A stretch of DNA of 64,000 bases, taken from Lingula anatina. Lineage: Eukaryota; Animalia; Brachiopoda. Positions 49,628 through 61,900 of the stretch are shown piece by piece (position 1 is the stretch's first letter; the number at the start of each line of letters is the position of its first letter). The stretch covers positions 59,994,788 to 60,058,787 of the forward strand of contig CM120640.1 in the NCBI GenBank assembly GCA_051362555.1, written 5' to 3'. The notes beneath the pieces are model-generated. The model saw only the letters and a list, made by a program, of their open reading frames with translations, was not told where the DNA came from and searched no databases. Made by a program: the position numbers and the translations under genes.

Positions 49628-50957
49628 CTTGGGGGGAGATTCACCCCAGAAGGAATTATATCCGTATCGGTGCCGGGGAAGACAACGAAGGCATTTCTTT
49701 TAATTAAATGTTTAAAATTCCTGAACGATCTATAAAGGCTGCCCAGTTTCAAGTGAATTTCATATCGTGTTTTGGGTCTCTGCGATATCAGACAAAATTT
49801 TCTCTCTACAGGAAGGAGAGGGTTTTGCTTTAGTAAATTTCCGGAACTCTGTATGACAAAGTAACATTAAAGTTTTTATCTGCGTGCCTTTCAAACTGTA
49901 CTGTTCACTGAATAGAACTCGCCTGACGAACACCATCGAAGCCAAGAACCTACGCATTATGATAGATGCCATAAAAACAAGTTTTTATGTCTGTCTTGAG
50001 GAACATTTTCGAAATTTCAAGAATAGCCAAGATAACATTTATAATGGTGCCAGAATCGTGGTGCATTCGGCAGATACTTAGCTTTCTCTTTAACTGAATC
50101 CTATACTAGTCGTGAAGTATTCGTCAGTCATTCTTGCAAATCGTAACTGTTTCTTGACCACATTCGTACTGTTCAAGCAGAATCCTACAGGGTCAAGATC
50201 TCTACCAGAGATGTACAAAATTCCACGATCCCTCACGATTTCTAAAATTATCAATTCTTGGCGGTTCGTATAATTCGTAGTAGGTGTGGAATAGGGGCAT
50301 AAAGGAAAAGTTAGAGAAAACTACTTCTTAGACCTAGGGAAAAATACCGTTTATAGAAACCTTGCCTTTACGTTACTATATTTACTCATTCATTTATCTA
50401 TTCATTAATCTATTTGACGTTTGACCAATTCTATATCAATTCAACAGTATAAAAATACTTAATTTACATTAACCAAACTGAACTTAATTCCACTTCTTTT
50501 AATGCATATATGTATATAAATATTAATAACACTGAAGTAAATAAATGGTACTTGGAGATTATTATTTAATCACAAGATGAAACGATTCGACATTGATATG
50601 AAAAAATGATGATGGAATTTTAGTCAGTCATATACCAACAAGGTACTTGATAATTTTTTACATGTCAATACAGCATAAAAATAGCATTATTGAAATGACA
50701 TCAAAATGACATCCAAATGACATAATTTGACTGCCTGGTAAATGGTCTGGTGGATAATTTAAACTGACAGAAGTAAACAAGTACACAATGAAGTTCTAAT
50801 AAAGCTCTAACAAATATATTGGGTATTGAAATAGTTTAGTAATATGAAGGGTATAGTAGCAAGTTACTATCCACTTAGCATTATGATAAAAACATTTGTC
50901 ACCAAAGTTTTGGATCGAGAAACTAAATTATAATATGAAAGTGCAGTTGTAAAAAAA

Positions 50958-52290
50958 TCATTCAAGCCTTTCTGGAATAGTATTTGTAGGTTGAAAAACA
51001 GTCCTTTTTGCTACAGTGTTAGAGTAAACTCCACTTTCATCTGCCCATGTGTTCCAGCCAACTCTTCTATAGTCGGTGGTATCTGTGAACTGTGAGTGCA
51101 TTTTTCTGTATGACCAGGAATTGTCAGGGAAATCTGGTGGCCGCTCCTGAAAATACAGGAAATCTGTTGTTAATATACATTCTTGTATGATGCTTAAGTT
51201 TATAATATCATAAAACAAAATAAAATCACAAGAGAGAGAAAGGTTAGTATACTTACTGGTGCAGGTGTGTATGTGTAGGGTGGGAAGTAATCTGCCCCAT
51301 AAGTTGTTTCTAAGTGATGCTTATTGTATTCAGGATGGTGCCTTGGCAACACAGATCCAAATCCTCTCTGAGGGTGACCAGTATCTCTAAAAATATCACA
51401 ACAATAAATCAAGATCAACCAAACACTAGTCACTAACACTTCTACTTTAAAAATATCCCATCATATCATATCATATCACATCATATCATATCATATATTT
51501 CAAACTCCAGAGTTTCCAGCCATCACGGTTACAGTCTCCAGTTGAATAACTCATTATTTACCTGTCAAGATTAGTATGTGCAAAAGTTTCCAGGTTGACC
51601 ATTGGTTTACTTGTGGCTTGTTCTTGGAAATCTTTTTTCAGGGAAACTTGTGCTGCATGGTCTTGGTACGTGGTATTTGGCAATGACTAAAATTAATAAA
51701 AGTGAACAATGAATGATTTACATTAAACTTCAATTAGGCAATAGTACTGCATTATATTTCTTTGTGTAAAAAGAATGAAACAGGCTCTAAATTAAGTGAA
51801 TACTTATATGCTGTCTCTTTCACATTTCCCGGATATCAAAAGGGGCACATATTAATTAATACTAAAAAAGATTAAGAAAAAAGGAGAAAGGAATCCTACC
51901 CCATCTGTAACATTGCCAATCCTTTTGTAGGTTGCCTTGCTTAGATCTCTCCTTTCTGTCTTGCTTATATCAAAATCTTTTGGTTCTGCTTCCCTTGCTT
52001 GATGCCTTAAATCAAGATATGTAAAATAAATAAATAAATGCAGCATCTACACAAGAAACAATAATTTACACACAAATAAATATCAAAGTAGAAAGATGCA
52101 AAATACTGAACACAACCATGCTCGGGTGTCACCTTGATACTGAATCTAAAAAACATGAAACTACTTCCGAATACCATGCTTACCAGTTCGAATTGAGTGT
52201 CGCCCTAGCATAGTTCATGTGATTTGATCGCAGGAAAAGAGATCCTTTCCTCTCAATGTAATCTGGCAGGCCTGTGATTCCGGTAGCCAT
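50958..52290 (-). CDS. CFAP95: Cilia- and flagella-associated protein 95 (C9orf135), ~218 aa
   Basis: 5 exons: 52290-52184, 52005-51900, 51686-51562, 51386-51257, 51146-50958. Motifs PDYIERKGSLFLRS, WHQAREAEPK, GFGSVLPRH, TTYGADYFPPY, SQFTD, NTWADESGVYSN. Confidence 0.9.
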
Positions 52291-52587
52291 AATTATATAG
52301 GCATGTACATAAAATCCGTCTTGTAAATGTTATGCGCTCTGCCGAGCTCCACGGCGAGTTTCCTATAAAACGTGATTGAGACCGAAGAACTCAGTTGACA
52401 ATAACAACAAGCTTCCATCAAGTAAAATAATCCGCACACGTTATACAACTATTCTTCATATCGTTTTGACTAAATAATAGATAAACAAATTTTAATGGTC
52501 TAAACTTCAAATTTATCTACAAAACTGCTGTTTAATGAAACATATATCTTGTTTAATCTATAGCGGATTAATAATTCTACATTCTAC

Positions 52588-52601
52588 GTGTCTATAGTAA
52601 C
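52588..52601. promoter_or_regulatory. RFX X-box-like motif upstream of CFAP95
   Basis: GTGTCTATAGTAAC (reverse GTTACTATAGACAC); second GTTAGCATGGAGAC at 53000-53013; forkhead-like TAAACAAA at 52482. Confidence 0.5.
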
Positions 52602-53033
52602 GTAAGATGAAAAGGGGGAAAAATTGCATCTGCCATGCTACAATCCAAAATACGCTCTGCAACTGCATGCATTTTATAGCTTATACTGGGTATTAACTAG
52701 TAGTCTATAGTAGGCTTATGACATTTGACGCTTTGAAAGATTTTTTTCTTGTGTAAGTCTAATAATTATAAATTAATGAAATAAAGTACCGGTAAATGTT
52801 AAGCATGTATTCACTCGATAAACACGTACTCACTCTCAGTTTATAGGGGAAACTAGGTCCATTTGAAGAAAACATAAAAGTGAAAAATGAAGTTTAAGAT
52901 ATAATTGCGAATTCTACCCTTTCTAAATCTCTGATGACAGAAAGTGATTAATCTATGATTTTTTTTATAAATCATTGAAAAATTTTAAATTCTTGCTTTG
53001 TTAGCATGGAGACGAAATAACGAAGGTTTAGCC

Positions 53034-53171
53034 TACCCTCTACCAGGGCGACAGATTGATTTTCCACAGATATTCACAGATATGTCTCTAGATAAATAGA
53101 CAGTCATTTTGGTCTGATGTCGCTCCAGCCAAAAATGTCCACAACAATAACTGCGGCCCTGGTAGAGGGTA
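53034..53171. mobile_element. Small MITE with odd-length TSD (9 bp as parsed)
   Basis: ggtttagcc|TACCCTCTACCAGGGC...GCCCTGGTAGAGGGTA|ggtttagcc; 7, 9 or 11 bp parses all fit. Confidence 0.7.
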
Positions 53172-54599
53172 GGTTTAGCCTATTTTGGTAACGAAAGTTT
53201 TAAAAATAATCCCTTTTGGATAATATTCGCACGTTAGTAGGCCTAATACTAACAAAAATTATACCGCATTATTGGGGTATTACGAGATGCACATTTATTT
53301 TACTGACACATTTTGTCCTCAACCTCAAGTATATATTTTTTACAATGCCTGGTAACGAAGGTGTTGCAAATTACTTTTTATGAGAATGCAGTTTTGCCGT
53401 GTTTTGTCTAAAATATTTGACTGTGTCCTGTCACCATACATAAGGATGAACATTTTATTAATGACCTAAATATTACAAAAAAAAAAAAAAAAAAAAAAAA
53501 AAAGTTGCAGATTTCCTTCTTAAATAAAAATGCACTAGATCAATAGGAAAATGTGCGATGGTTCTGCAAGAGACAGTAACGAAAGTTTCAAATTTAGTCC
53601 GTTTAAATGATTTTTGTGAACAGATATACATGTAGATAAAGCTAATAATAATTATTTTATTTTGTAAGTTGCTAGACTCTTGTTTGTTAAGTTCCACTTG
53701 GAGAAACAATTATTCCGCTTGCTTACTTTTAATAATTTTTTAAAATGTTAAATGGACCTATATATTGAGAATGAGTGTAAAACAATCAAGTTGAGGTTCA
53801 GTTTGAAGCCTGGTCGATTATCTTGGAGGATCAGACAGAGGGGCAAATTAGACAACATGGGTGGTTGCATACGCCTATATAGCCCTATATAAAAGGGAAT
53901 TAAGTTCTTAATGAAAGTACTAGTGTTAGGCAACACGGGCATGCAAAATGCCTCTAATAACAATCAGCAATGCATGCTATTTAAAATTATTGATATTTCC
54001 AGGAATATCCAATTATTATTTTTTTCTTTTGCTATATTATAGTCTAACTCCTTATAGGCCTATAGAGGTTCTGCGCTGCACTCGATCCCTACGTATATGC
54101 TCGTTTTCGAACGTAATATACGCAAACGTAGCCTGTGCAGTGCGGTGTTTTATCGATAATTAAATTAGGGGACATCCCCTCTCTCTCTCTTTCAGAAATG
54201 TGTTATATAAAATGTTTTCAAATATGCTTTATTGGCCCTATCATTTTCTATTAACATTATGAATGCAATGGTGAAATACTCAGAATACCGGTACATACTT
54301 AAAAAGGGTGTACATGTACATACAGTACAGGGCAATCGATTTTATTTTTGTGGAAGTATTAATTTTTTCAAGTTTTAGTCTGCATATTTTGTTATCATGC
54401 TCAACGCACACGTTGTAGCTAATTAATCTATAATCTAATTAAATTAATTAAATATCAATTAACTGTTAAAGGGATAGTACCTGTTCGTTTTTATGGTAAA
54501 AAATGGATTTTCCTGGGGTAAACGACGATTTTCTTATACATACATGCACCAGTGGTAAATAAATCTATTTCGACATTCAAAGTAAGTCCATTCATGTCA

Positions 54600-55345
54600 G
54601 CAAGGGCTAGCCTGGACATCCATCGACAAGCTATAAAAGATCTGGAAATTTGATCTATCTCGACAACATAAAATCAATATATTCCAAACATTGGTCGAGC
54701 CAGTAGGCCTACTTCTTTACGGTTGTGAAACATGGAGCTTAACAAAATAACTTGAAAGACGTATTGGTGGATGCTTCACCAGATAACTTAGAGCTGCACT
54801 TAATATCAGTGGGATAGACAAGGTGCCAAACTTGGAGCTCTATGGCGAAATACCGAAAGTCACCTCTAAAACTAGAAAAGCACTCCGAGAGCGCAGACCT
54901 CCGCCAAGGCAGCGATTTCTTATTATTATTGATTATTGATTGATTATTGATTGATTATTGATTCGGATCACCACCAAAAACTAATCACTTCTAAGTTAAC
55001 CCATTTCCGACCTACCTTGATAATTTCATCAAAATCGGTCCATAACTTTCTGAGTTATGTTGATGACAAACAGACAGAAAGACAGACAGGGTTGAAAACA
55101 TAACCTCCTTGGCGGAGGTAATAAGAGACCACAGATTGAAGGCTGTCGACCATTTTTTTATCGTCACACAGAAGAAGCAGCAAATAGATTTCTGCTCTGG
55201 GTACTCACACATGGCTCATTGGGCACACGAAACAAAACTTCAGGTTCTCCTTGATGACACTGGCTTGGAACACATAAATGAGCTTGGCAGAATGAAGGCC
55301 CGTAGGATTTGGAAGTCTATATATGCTGTCGCCTAATTAATGATG
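54600..55345 (+). mobile_element. Decayed RTE-clade LINE 3' fragment
   Basis: Pseudo-translation LAWTSIDKL*KIWK..LLYGCETWSLTK*LERRIGGCFTR*LRAALNIS..NLELYGEIPKVTSK|IRDHRLK, continuous across the Helentron-type insertion. Confidence 0.75.
54871..55120 (-). mobile_element. Complete small Helentron-type MITE
   Basis: ACTAGAAAAGCACTCCGAGAGCGCAGACCTCCGCCAAG...ACATAACCTCCTTGGCGGAGGTA; GACA microsatellite, subterminal inverted repeats, no TSD. Confidence 0.8.
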
Positions 55346-57103
55346 TTGACAGTCGACTGCAGTCGATAAGTCCATGTTTTTTTCTAAAGTGTTTGGTTTC
55401 CCGTGCTAATCTCTTAAGAGATTATTACAGAGTTATAGCCATCTATGAAGGTCCATGTGGTCTGATGGCAAATACAGATTTCAGAATAACTGCGATTACC
55501 GCTGTATTGGTGGTAAAATGAAATTTATTATATTTTTATGAGTTGTTTACACTCTATTTATTGTGAAATATGAATTTCATATGAACAGTTGCTATCCCCT
55601 TAATATAATTGCTTAGAAAGTAACCAAATATAAAAAGCAACAGCTAGATCCATTAAAAAAATGAAGGAACATGTATTTCCCCATCTAATGATCACTTGTC
55701 TTTTTGCCAGCTAATTCAGATTACTTATTGTTAAGTACCGGTAAAATTGTTGATTCATTAATTTTTACTTACGGGCGGCTTAGCGAAAGTGTTTATTTTT
55801 TTTTGCACCTTTCGTCGGATAAACATAAATAAACACCCACACCCTATATAGAGGCGCGTTTCACATGCTGAAGTATCAAAAAAGAAAATTGAATGAATTT
55901 AAAGTTGTATTCAACTTTATAAAACATGTGTACAGAAATAAATCCACGGCTGTCTCAATTTTTACATCTACATTTAATTTTTAGAAAAGTCTATTATGTA
56001 AGGAGCCTAAATAGTAACGTACGTTCCGGTAACGTACTGTATGTTCCGGGTCATATAATTTCGATATATTTTGTAGTGATTCAGTCATGGCAAATTATAT
56101 ATGACGTAGATCTAAGGATGTTTTAAAAAATATTTTTACTGTAACTCAAGGGGCTTTGTGTCATGGCTAATACACGCATGTTCCCCAGAAAAATTGTCAA
56201 AAAGTTTCATCTTGCCCAAGTACTTGGTGTAATAGGAAACATGGGTTTTTGTTGCTGACTGACAAATATATTGTGATTCCATGATAGTTTGACATTTCTG
56301 ATATACAGTAGGCTACAGCGTAATATTTGGACCACGCATGGAAAATGGTTTGTCAATACTTATTCTGTGATAGTGATAAGCAAACTAAAGTCGCTCAATA
56401 AATAAATAAATAAATAAAATAATAATAATCAATAATAATAATAATAATTAACTGCTCTGTACAGAAGATTATCATAATTTTTACAAAGTTCTATATTATA
56501 GGAGATATATTAAAAAACAAAACTAGCAATTATTGAATTTTCAAAGTGAGTAAAACGTCCCCACGTTTTGCGTTTGTGACAGTAATTAACGTTTGTCTTA
56601 TTTTTAATTATTCATGTTTCCAGGAGAATGACACTTTTATACAAACTTCTTCATGTAAATAAATGCACTACATATTTTAAGAGCATGCCCGTGATTTGCA
56701 CCTCAATATTGGGTTTGGGTGAAAGCGCCCTCGATCTACCGGTATTTTTAACAAGGTAGAGCCAATAATGAACTCAATTAAATTGCTGTCCAGTCCAATA
56801 CCCAACCAAATATTACTTAAGTTACAGAAGAAATTAGAAACAGTGTGCTGTCTACGTATAGCCTAATAAATTGCATTGTTAGTTACCACCCCGACCTACG
56901 AGTAGGTACATGCACATGTAGGCCTACCAACCTACCGGTATTACGCGTACTACTTTCAGCCTACTTTCCCCTCCCACTATACTTCCTTGAGGTAACTCAC
57001 CCAAACAGACGAAGACCTGAAAAGTAGGTCAAAGCACCGGCAGTTAGTGAATATACCCTTTCAACGTAGAGCATTGTATAAATAGCCGTTTTATCTTCTA
57101 AGA

Positions 57104-58858
57104 ATGCCACGAACAAGAAGAAGACGTGCTGTGCCAAACGCCGATGACGGCCCTCCAGCAACCAGAAGCAGAATGACTGTCGGAGACTCAGGGTATGGCA
57201 ACTTTTGGTCTTAATGTTTAAATTTAAGTAAGGCACTATTAGTAAGAACTGGTGAACGGGGACTTAAAAAAGCAACTCGCCCAGTGAATACTCAGTAACC
57301 CATAACAAAAAGATCTTAAAATTTACTCCACTTGAAGCTAAAAATGTTGAGAATCCAAGTTATATGTTGCTTCTATTACTCGGTTATTTAGTGCAGCTAC
57401 TAGTGTTACACAATAAGGTAATTTACGCACCAGTAGTTTTGAGCGCGAAATTTTTTGCACAGTATTTGTATGTTTTTTGTGTAAACAACAAGGCTGGAGT
57501 GATTGGGCAAAATGGAAAAATACAAATAATTATGTTCTTATTGGAATAAAGTTTTGATTCTATTTTAGTGTTAGTCTGTCAGAAGGCAGACACAAATTAG
57601 TTACAGATGAAAAGTTTATGGAAATGAACAAAGTGTTGAACAACATTGACGAGGAAAATGGTAAATATCTGTAGATAAACTGATAAAAACATCAAAATAA
57701 GGGATATATGTAATAAAATTTATGGCAAGATTTAAAATATTGAATCTTCATATAATAATGCCAATGAAAATAAACAAACCTGAACAGGGAATCTTATCAT
57801 CTGGTTTAAAATACTTGCTTTTAACTTGCAGGTTTGAAATTTATTGAAGCAGATTTTCACATTGAAGACAACCGGAAGGACCACCATACTCTTGAATATG
57901 AACATAAAGATCTGATTGTTCGTAGAGGGCAGCCTTTTACTCTCATGTTGAAGTTTGATCAGCATGTCTATACCAGTGACCTAATAACACTACAATTTTG
58001 TATAGGTAATAGACTATACTATTGTGAAAGACATTATTTTCTCTTTGTAAATGTTGAGAATTTGATATTTCAGAAATTGCTGTGAAATTGAAATATAACA
58101 TACATTGATGGTTATAGCTTTGTACTTATATGTTGTAATTTTGCTAATTGTGCATGTTTTTTAAAATGTTAAATTTTGCTAGAATCATTACTAGATTCAT
58201 TCTAGCATGGCAAATTATTGCCAAATATGAAAGATAATTAGATTGTATTTACTCTAAGTATTGTAATATATAAAATAAAAATTAACTATTTTTTAGAATT
58301 AATACAACTTGTCTTTGATTAAATATACATTTAATACAAAAATTATGTATTACTGACCCTTTATTCATCAAAAATTACATTGTTTACAGGTTACAAATAA
58401 ATTAATTAAATTCAAATTAGTTTTGTTTTAAGAATTAGTTTTCAGTAAGTGTTTTTCATCATGTCTTTGGGAACAGAATGAATTGAGAATGCATTGATTT
58501 CTAGGTGACCGTCCTCTGCAGAGTAAGCGAACAGTGGTTCGTGTGCCAGTGTTGTTTCACTCATCAGAAACTCTCTCCACAGCTGAGAATTGGAGTGCAG
58601 TGATTAACGAGCGGTCAGGGCAATCTGTCTCAGTGACTGTGACCCCTTCAGCAGAAGCAATGGTGGGAAAATACCAGCTGTTTGTGGAAACCAAGAGAAA
58701 CGACAAAGAGAATCGTCAGCAAGCAAAATCCCCTATCTATGTCCTTTTCAATGCTTGGTGTAAAGGTAGAATATGTGAAGGAGTTTGGTACAACACATAA
58801 AAAATGAAATGTCAATTTTCTGAAGAAGAGGTACATTTGTATATGATGGTGTTGAATC

Positions 58859-58890
<32 letters not shown>

Positions 58891-58893
58891 TTG

Positions 58894-58937
<44 letters not shown>

Positions 58938-61900
58938 TTTCATATAGATGATACCATCTTCTCCAGCATGTGTTATTTGTTTAGGAGTCTACTTTAAAAT
59001 TCAATATAATTTCAAATACTCATTTAATCATAGTACAGCACATTACTAGAATCTGTACATGTGGTCAGTGTGCACATTACTTCTGATATAGATGATGCTG
59101 TTTACATGGCCGATGATGACTTAAAAGAGGAATATGTGTTGAATGAGAAAGGAAGACTTTGGAGGGGAACTGTCAACAACTTTGGAGGTTCACCTTGGAA
59201 TTTTGGACAGGTTTGTTACTTTGAATGTTAACAACAAATTTTAAACTTATGTCCCTGCGCCTAAAGCTTGTTGCATACTTGTAACATGAATTATAGTGAT
59301 GAAGTATTTATTTTCATTCAAGAAGTATTTGTTTACTTTAATGCACCTATAAAGTAAATTAGACAGCTACAATGATACTTATTGACTAAAAACCCCAGAT
59401 GTATGTTTGTGTTTATTTCTGTTTTTATGTAGAACTGTTTATTTTAGTTTGAAGATGTAAGTTTGGATGCAGCCCTGTATGTGCTTCAGAAGGCCAAGAT
59501 TACAGGACCTGCTTTAGGCAACCCAGTCATTGTCACCAGGACTTTCACTGCCCAGGTGAGTATATAGACATTTTAGCACAGGGCGTATTGTTTTTGGAAA
59601 GAACAAATGCATACTTACACAGATATTAAATGATGCCTTAGATCAATTTTAAATTTATTTAAGGAGCTTATTTATGTAATTTCATCCAAATCAATTCCAA
59701 ATTCTCAACATGAACATGATGTTGATAATGTTTTAATAAACTTTTAATGCAATGGTTTATGTTTCATTAATTAGACCAACAGCATGGATGACAGAGGAAT
59801 ACTTGAGGGTCGTTGGGCGCAAGACTTCCCCCAGCCATCTACCAAACCTTGGATTTGGACAGGCAGTGCAGACATTTTGGAGCAGTTTATGGAAAAGAAG
59901 AAAACTGTCAAATATGGACAGTGCTGGGTGTTTTCTGGTGTTTTGTGTACCTGTAAGTCTACTGATTCTTTACTAACTGTGGGTGTTGGATAAGTATTTG
60001 CATATAGAATCAGTGGGATATGTATGATTGCTGAAACATTTAGTGACTAGAATAATGAAGAATAGTTTGCTTCGAGATATCTGTAAACAGGTTGGTATTA
60101 CTGGTGATGCAATACAGTATAATACATAGTGGGCTTAGTAATTATTTTCCTGCTGCAAGGCATAGTGAATAACCACTTGACATGTCAAGAATATTATTTT
60201 CATAAAGGTTATAAAAATAAGTATGCTATTTTTACCTGCTTCTTGAGTGATTCACACTTTATGTGGTGAAATTTAGTATGTTTGATAGTAATTTTATAAA
60301 GACATGTAGATCATGGCAGAATCAGTTGTATATACCCGCACCTTTTGTAGCTTTACCAAAATCTGCTATCCCAGCTGGTTTTAGTGTTGCAAGTCAGTCA
60401 TATGGATGCTTCTGCTAGCAACCTTGCGCTAATGTTGCTGGAGTGTTACTGTAGCAGTGCTAGGATGTTCTGCTTTCAGTGTGTCGTGCTGTCGGTATCC
60501 CATGTAGAAGTGTCACTAATTTTGAATCTGCCCATGATTCTGATGGCAGTGTGACCATCGATGTGCATTGGAATGAGGCTGGGGAGCCTGTGGAAGAGTT
60601 AAATGATTCCATTTGGTAAGAAATGTCAAATAATGGAGCTGACATTGGGATAAGGATACATTGTATTTCATAAAGAATACAATAAAGTAACTTAACTAGC
60701 TCCTAAATCAGTTAAACTTCTGGCTATACTGCCCACAATAATGCTTCAGTTATGCATTAAAATTTTTAATATACATACCTTAAACCTTTTAACATGGATT
60801 CAGATTCAACTAAAGAAGCCTTAGGATTAAAAAATCTGGAATGCTGCTTGACATCCCTTCCTGATGAGAATAAACAGGATCATGTACTTACAGTTATGCT
60901 TCAATAACTTTCCTGCAGTGCCAACAATGAACACATACTGAATTTATTCATGCACCTCTACTGTCCACTTGGTAGAACTGTATTTATATATTTATGGTAT
61001 TTGAAGTGTATTGTAATGATAGAGTTTATTTAGCATTATGTTATGCTTACAGTTTTTATTTATGTTATCAGGAACTTTCATGTGTGGAATGAGGCTTGGT
61101 TCAAACGTACAGACCTTCCATCAGGAAATGATGGTTGGCAGGTCATAGATGCCACACCACAGGAGTCCAGTGGAGGTATGTGCAGTTTTAAGCCATCAAT
61201 GCTGATATGTAAACAGTGACAGAATATGTAAAAGCTGTACACATACACCATCAGCATTTTTTCATTGAACATTCTGTATTTAATTTGATGATCAGGCTAG
61301 CCATCAGAGACTGAAAAGTAATGAGGGGCCATTAGGCACACTCTCATGGAGCCTTATCACTTACACAAATCTAGGTAATTTTCATAAAGGCAAATATACA
61401 TCAACTGTCTTAACTTTGCTTGGACCTTGTTGTTGAAGGTGCACTAATTTTCTTTTCTAGCTCTCACCATTAAAAAAAGCATGATTATTCTTTCAGGTTT
61501 AATGCAATGTGGCCCTGCTCCTCTGAGTGCTATTAAGGCTGGCAATGTGTATTACAACTATGATACACCATTTGTGTTTGCAGAAGTCAATGGGGACCGT
61601 ATTCACTGGGAGGTAGGTTAAAATTATTATCATGCCTAACTTGCCAGGATTTTATATATGAAGTACTGGTCCAGTCAGGTGTACTTTGTGTTAAGACAAA
61701 AACAGACTGATAACATTTGTAATGCTGGAATGTTTTATGAAGCAAATGAAGTTTTATGCTGTTAATTTTGGGTCAGGAAAATTTTGAATTTAAGGTATTA
61801 TTTTCATTAATTGTGTTAAAAAAAGGATTTGTTATACTTTAGGTGAAAAAAGATGGAAGCATGGAGTGCATTTACATAGAGAAGTATAAGGTTGGGCGGT

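Larger units (their letters stand above)
48776..50299. mobile_element. Non-autonomous PIF/Harbinger-like element with nested insertions
   Basis: TAA TSD; ~50-bp imperfect TIR TACCCTTATTCCACACCGACTAC...ACGAACCGCCACGAATTGATAA. Confidence 0.75.
54470..55599. mobile_element. Kolobok-like non-autonomous element containing a LINE fragment
   Basis: TTAA TSD; TIR AGGGATAGTACCTGTTC / GAACAGTTGCTATCCCC. Confidence 0.65.

Noticed and set aside
52925-52962. Hammerhead-like CTGATGA-CA-GAAA with possible flanking stems
   Set aside because: Only 2 nt for helix II and a mismatch at the base of helix I; likely chance.
57077-57085. TATAAATA as a TATA box for the transglutaminase
   Set aside because: Less than 30 nt from the ATG and upstream of an acceptor-like sequence, so probably intronic.
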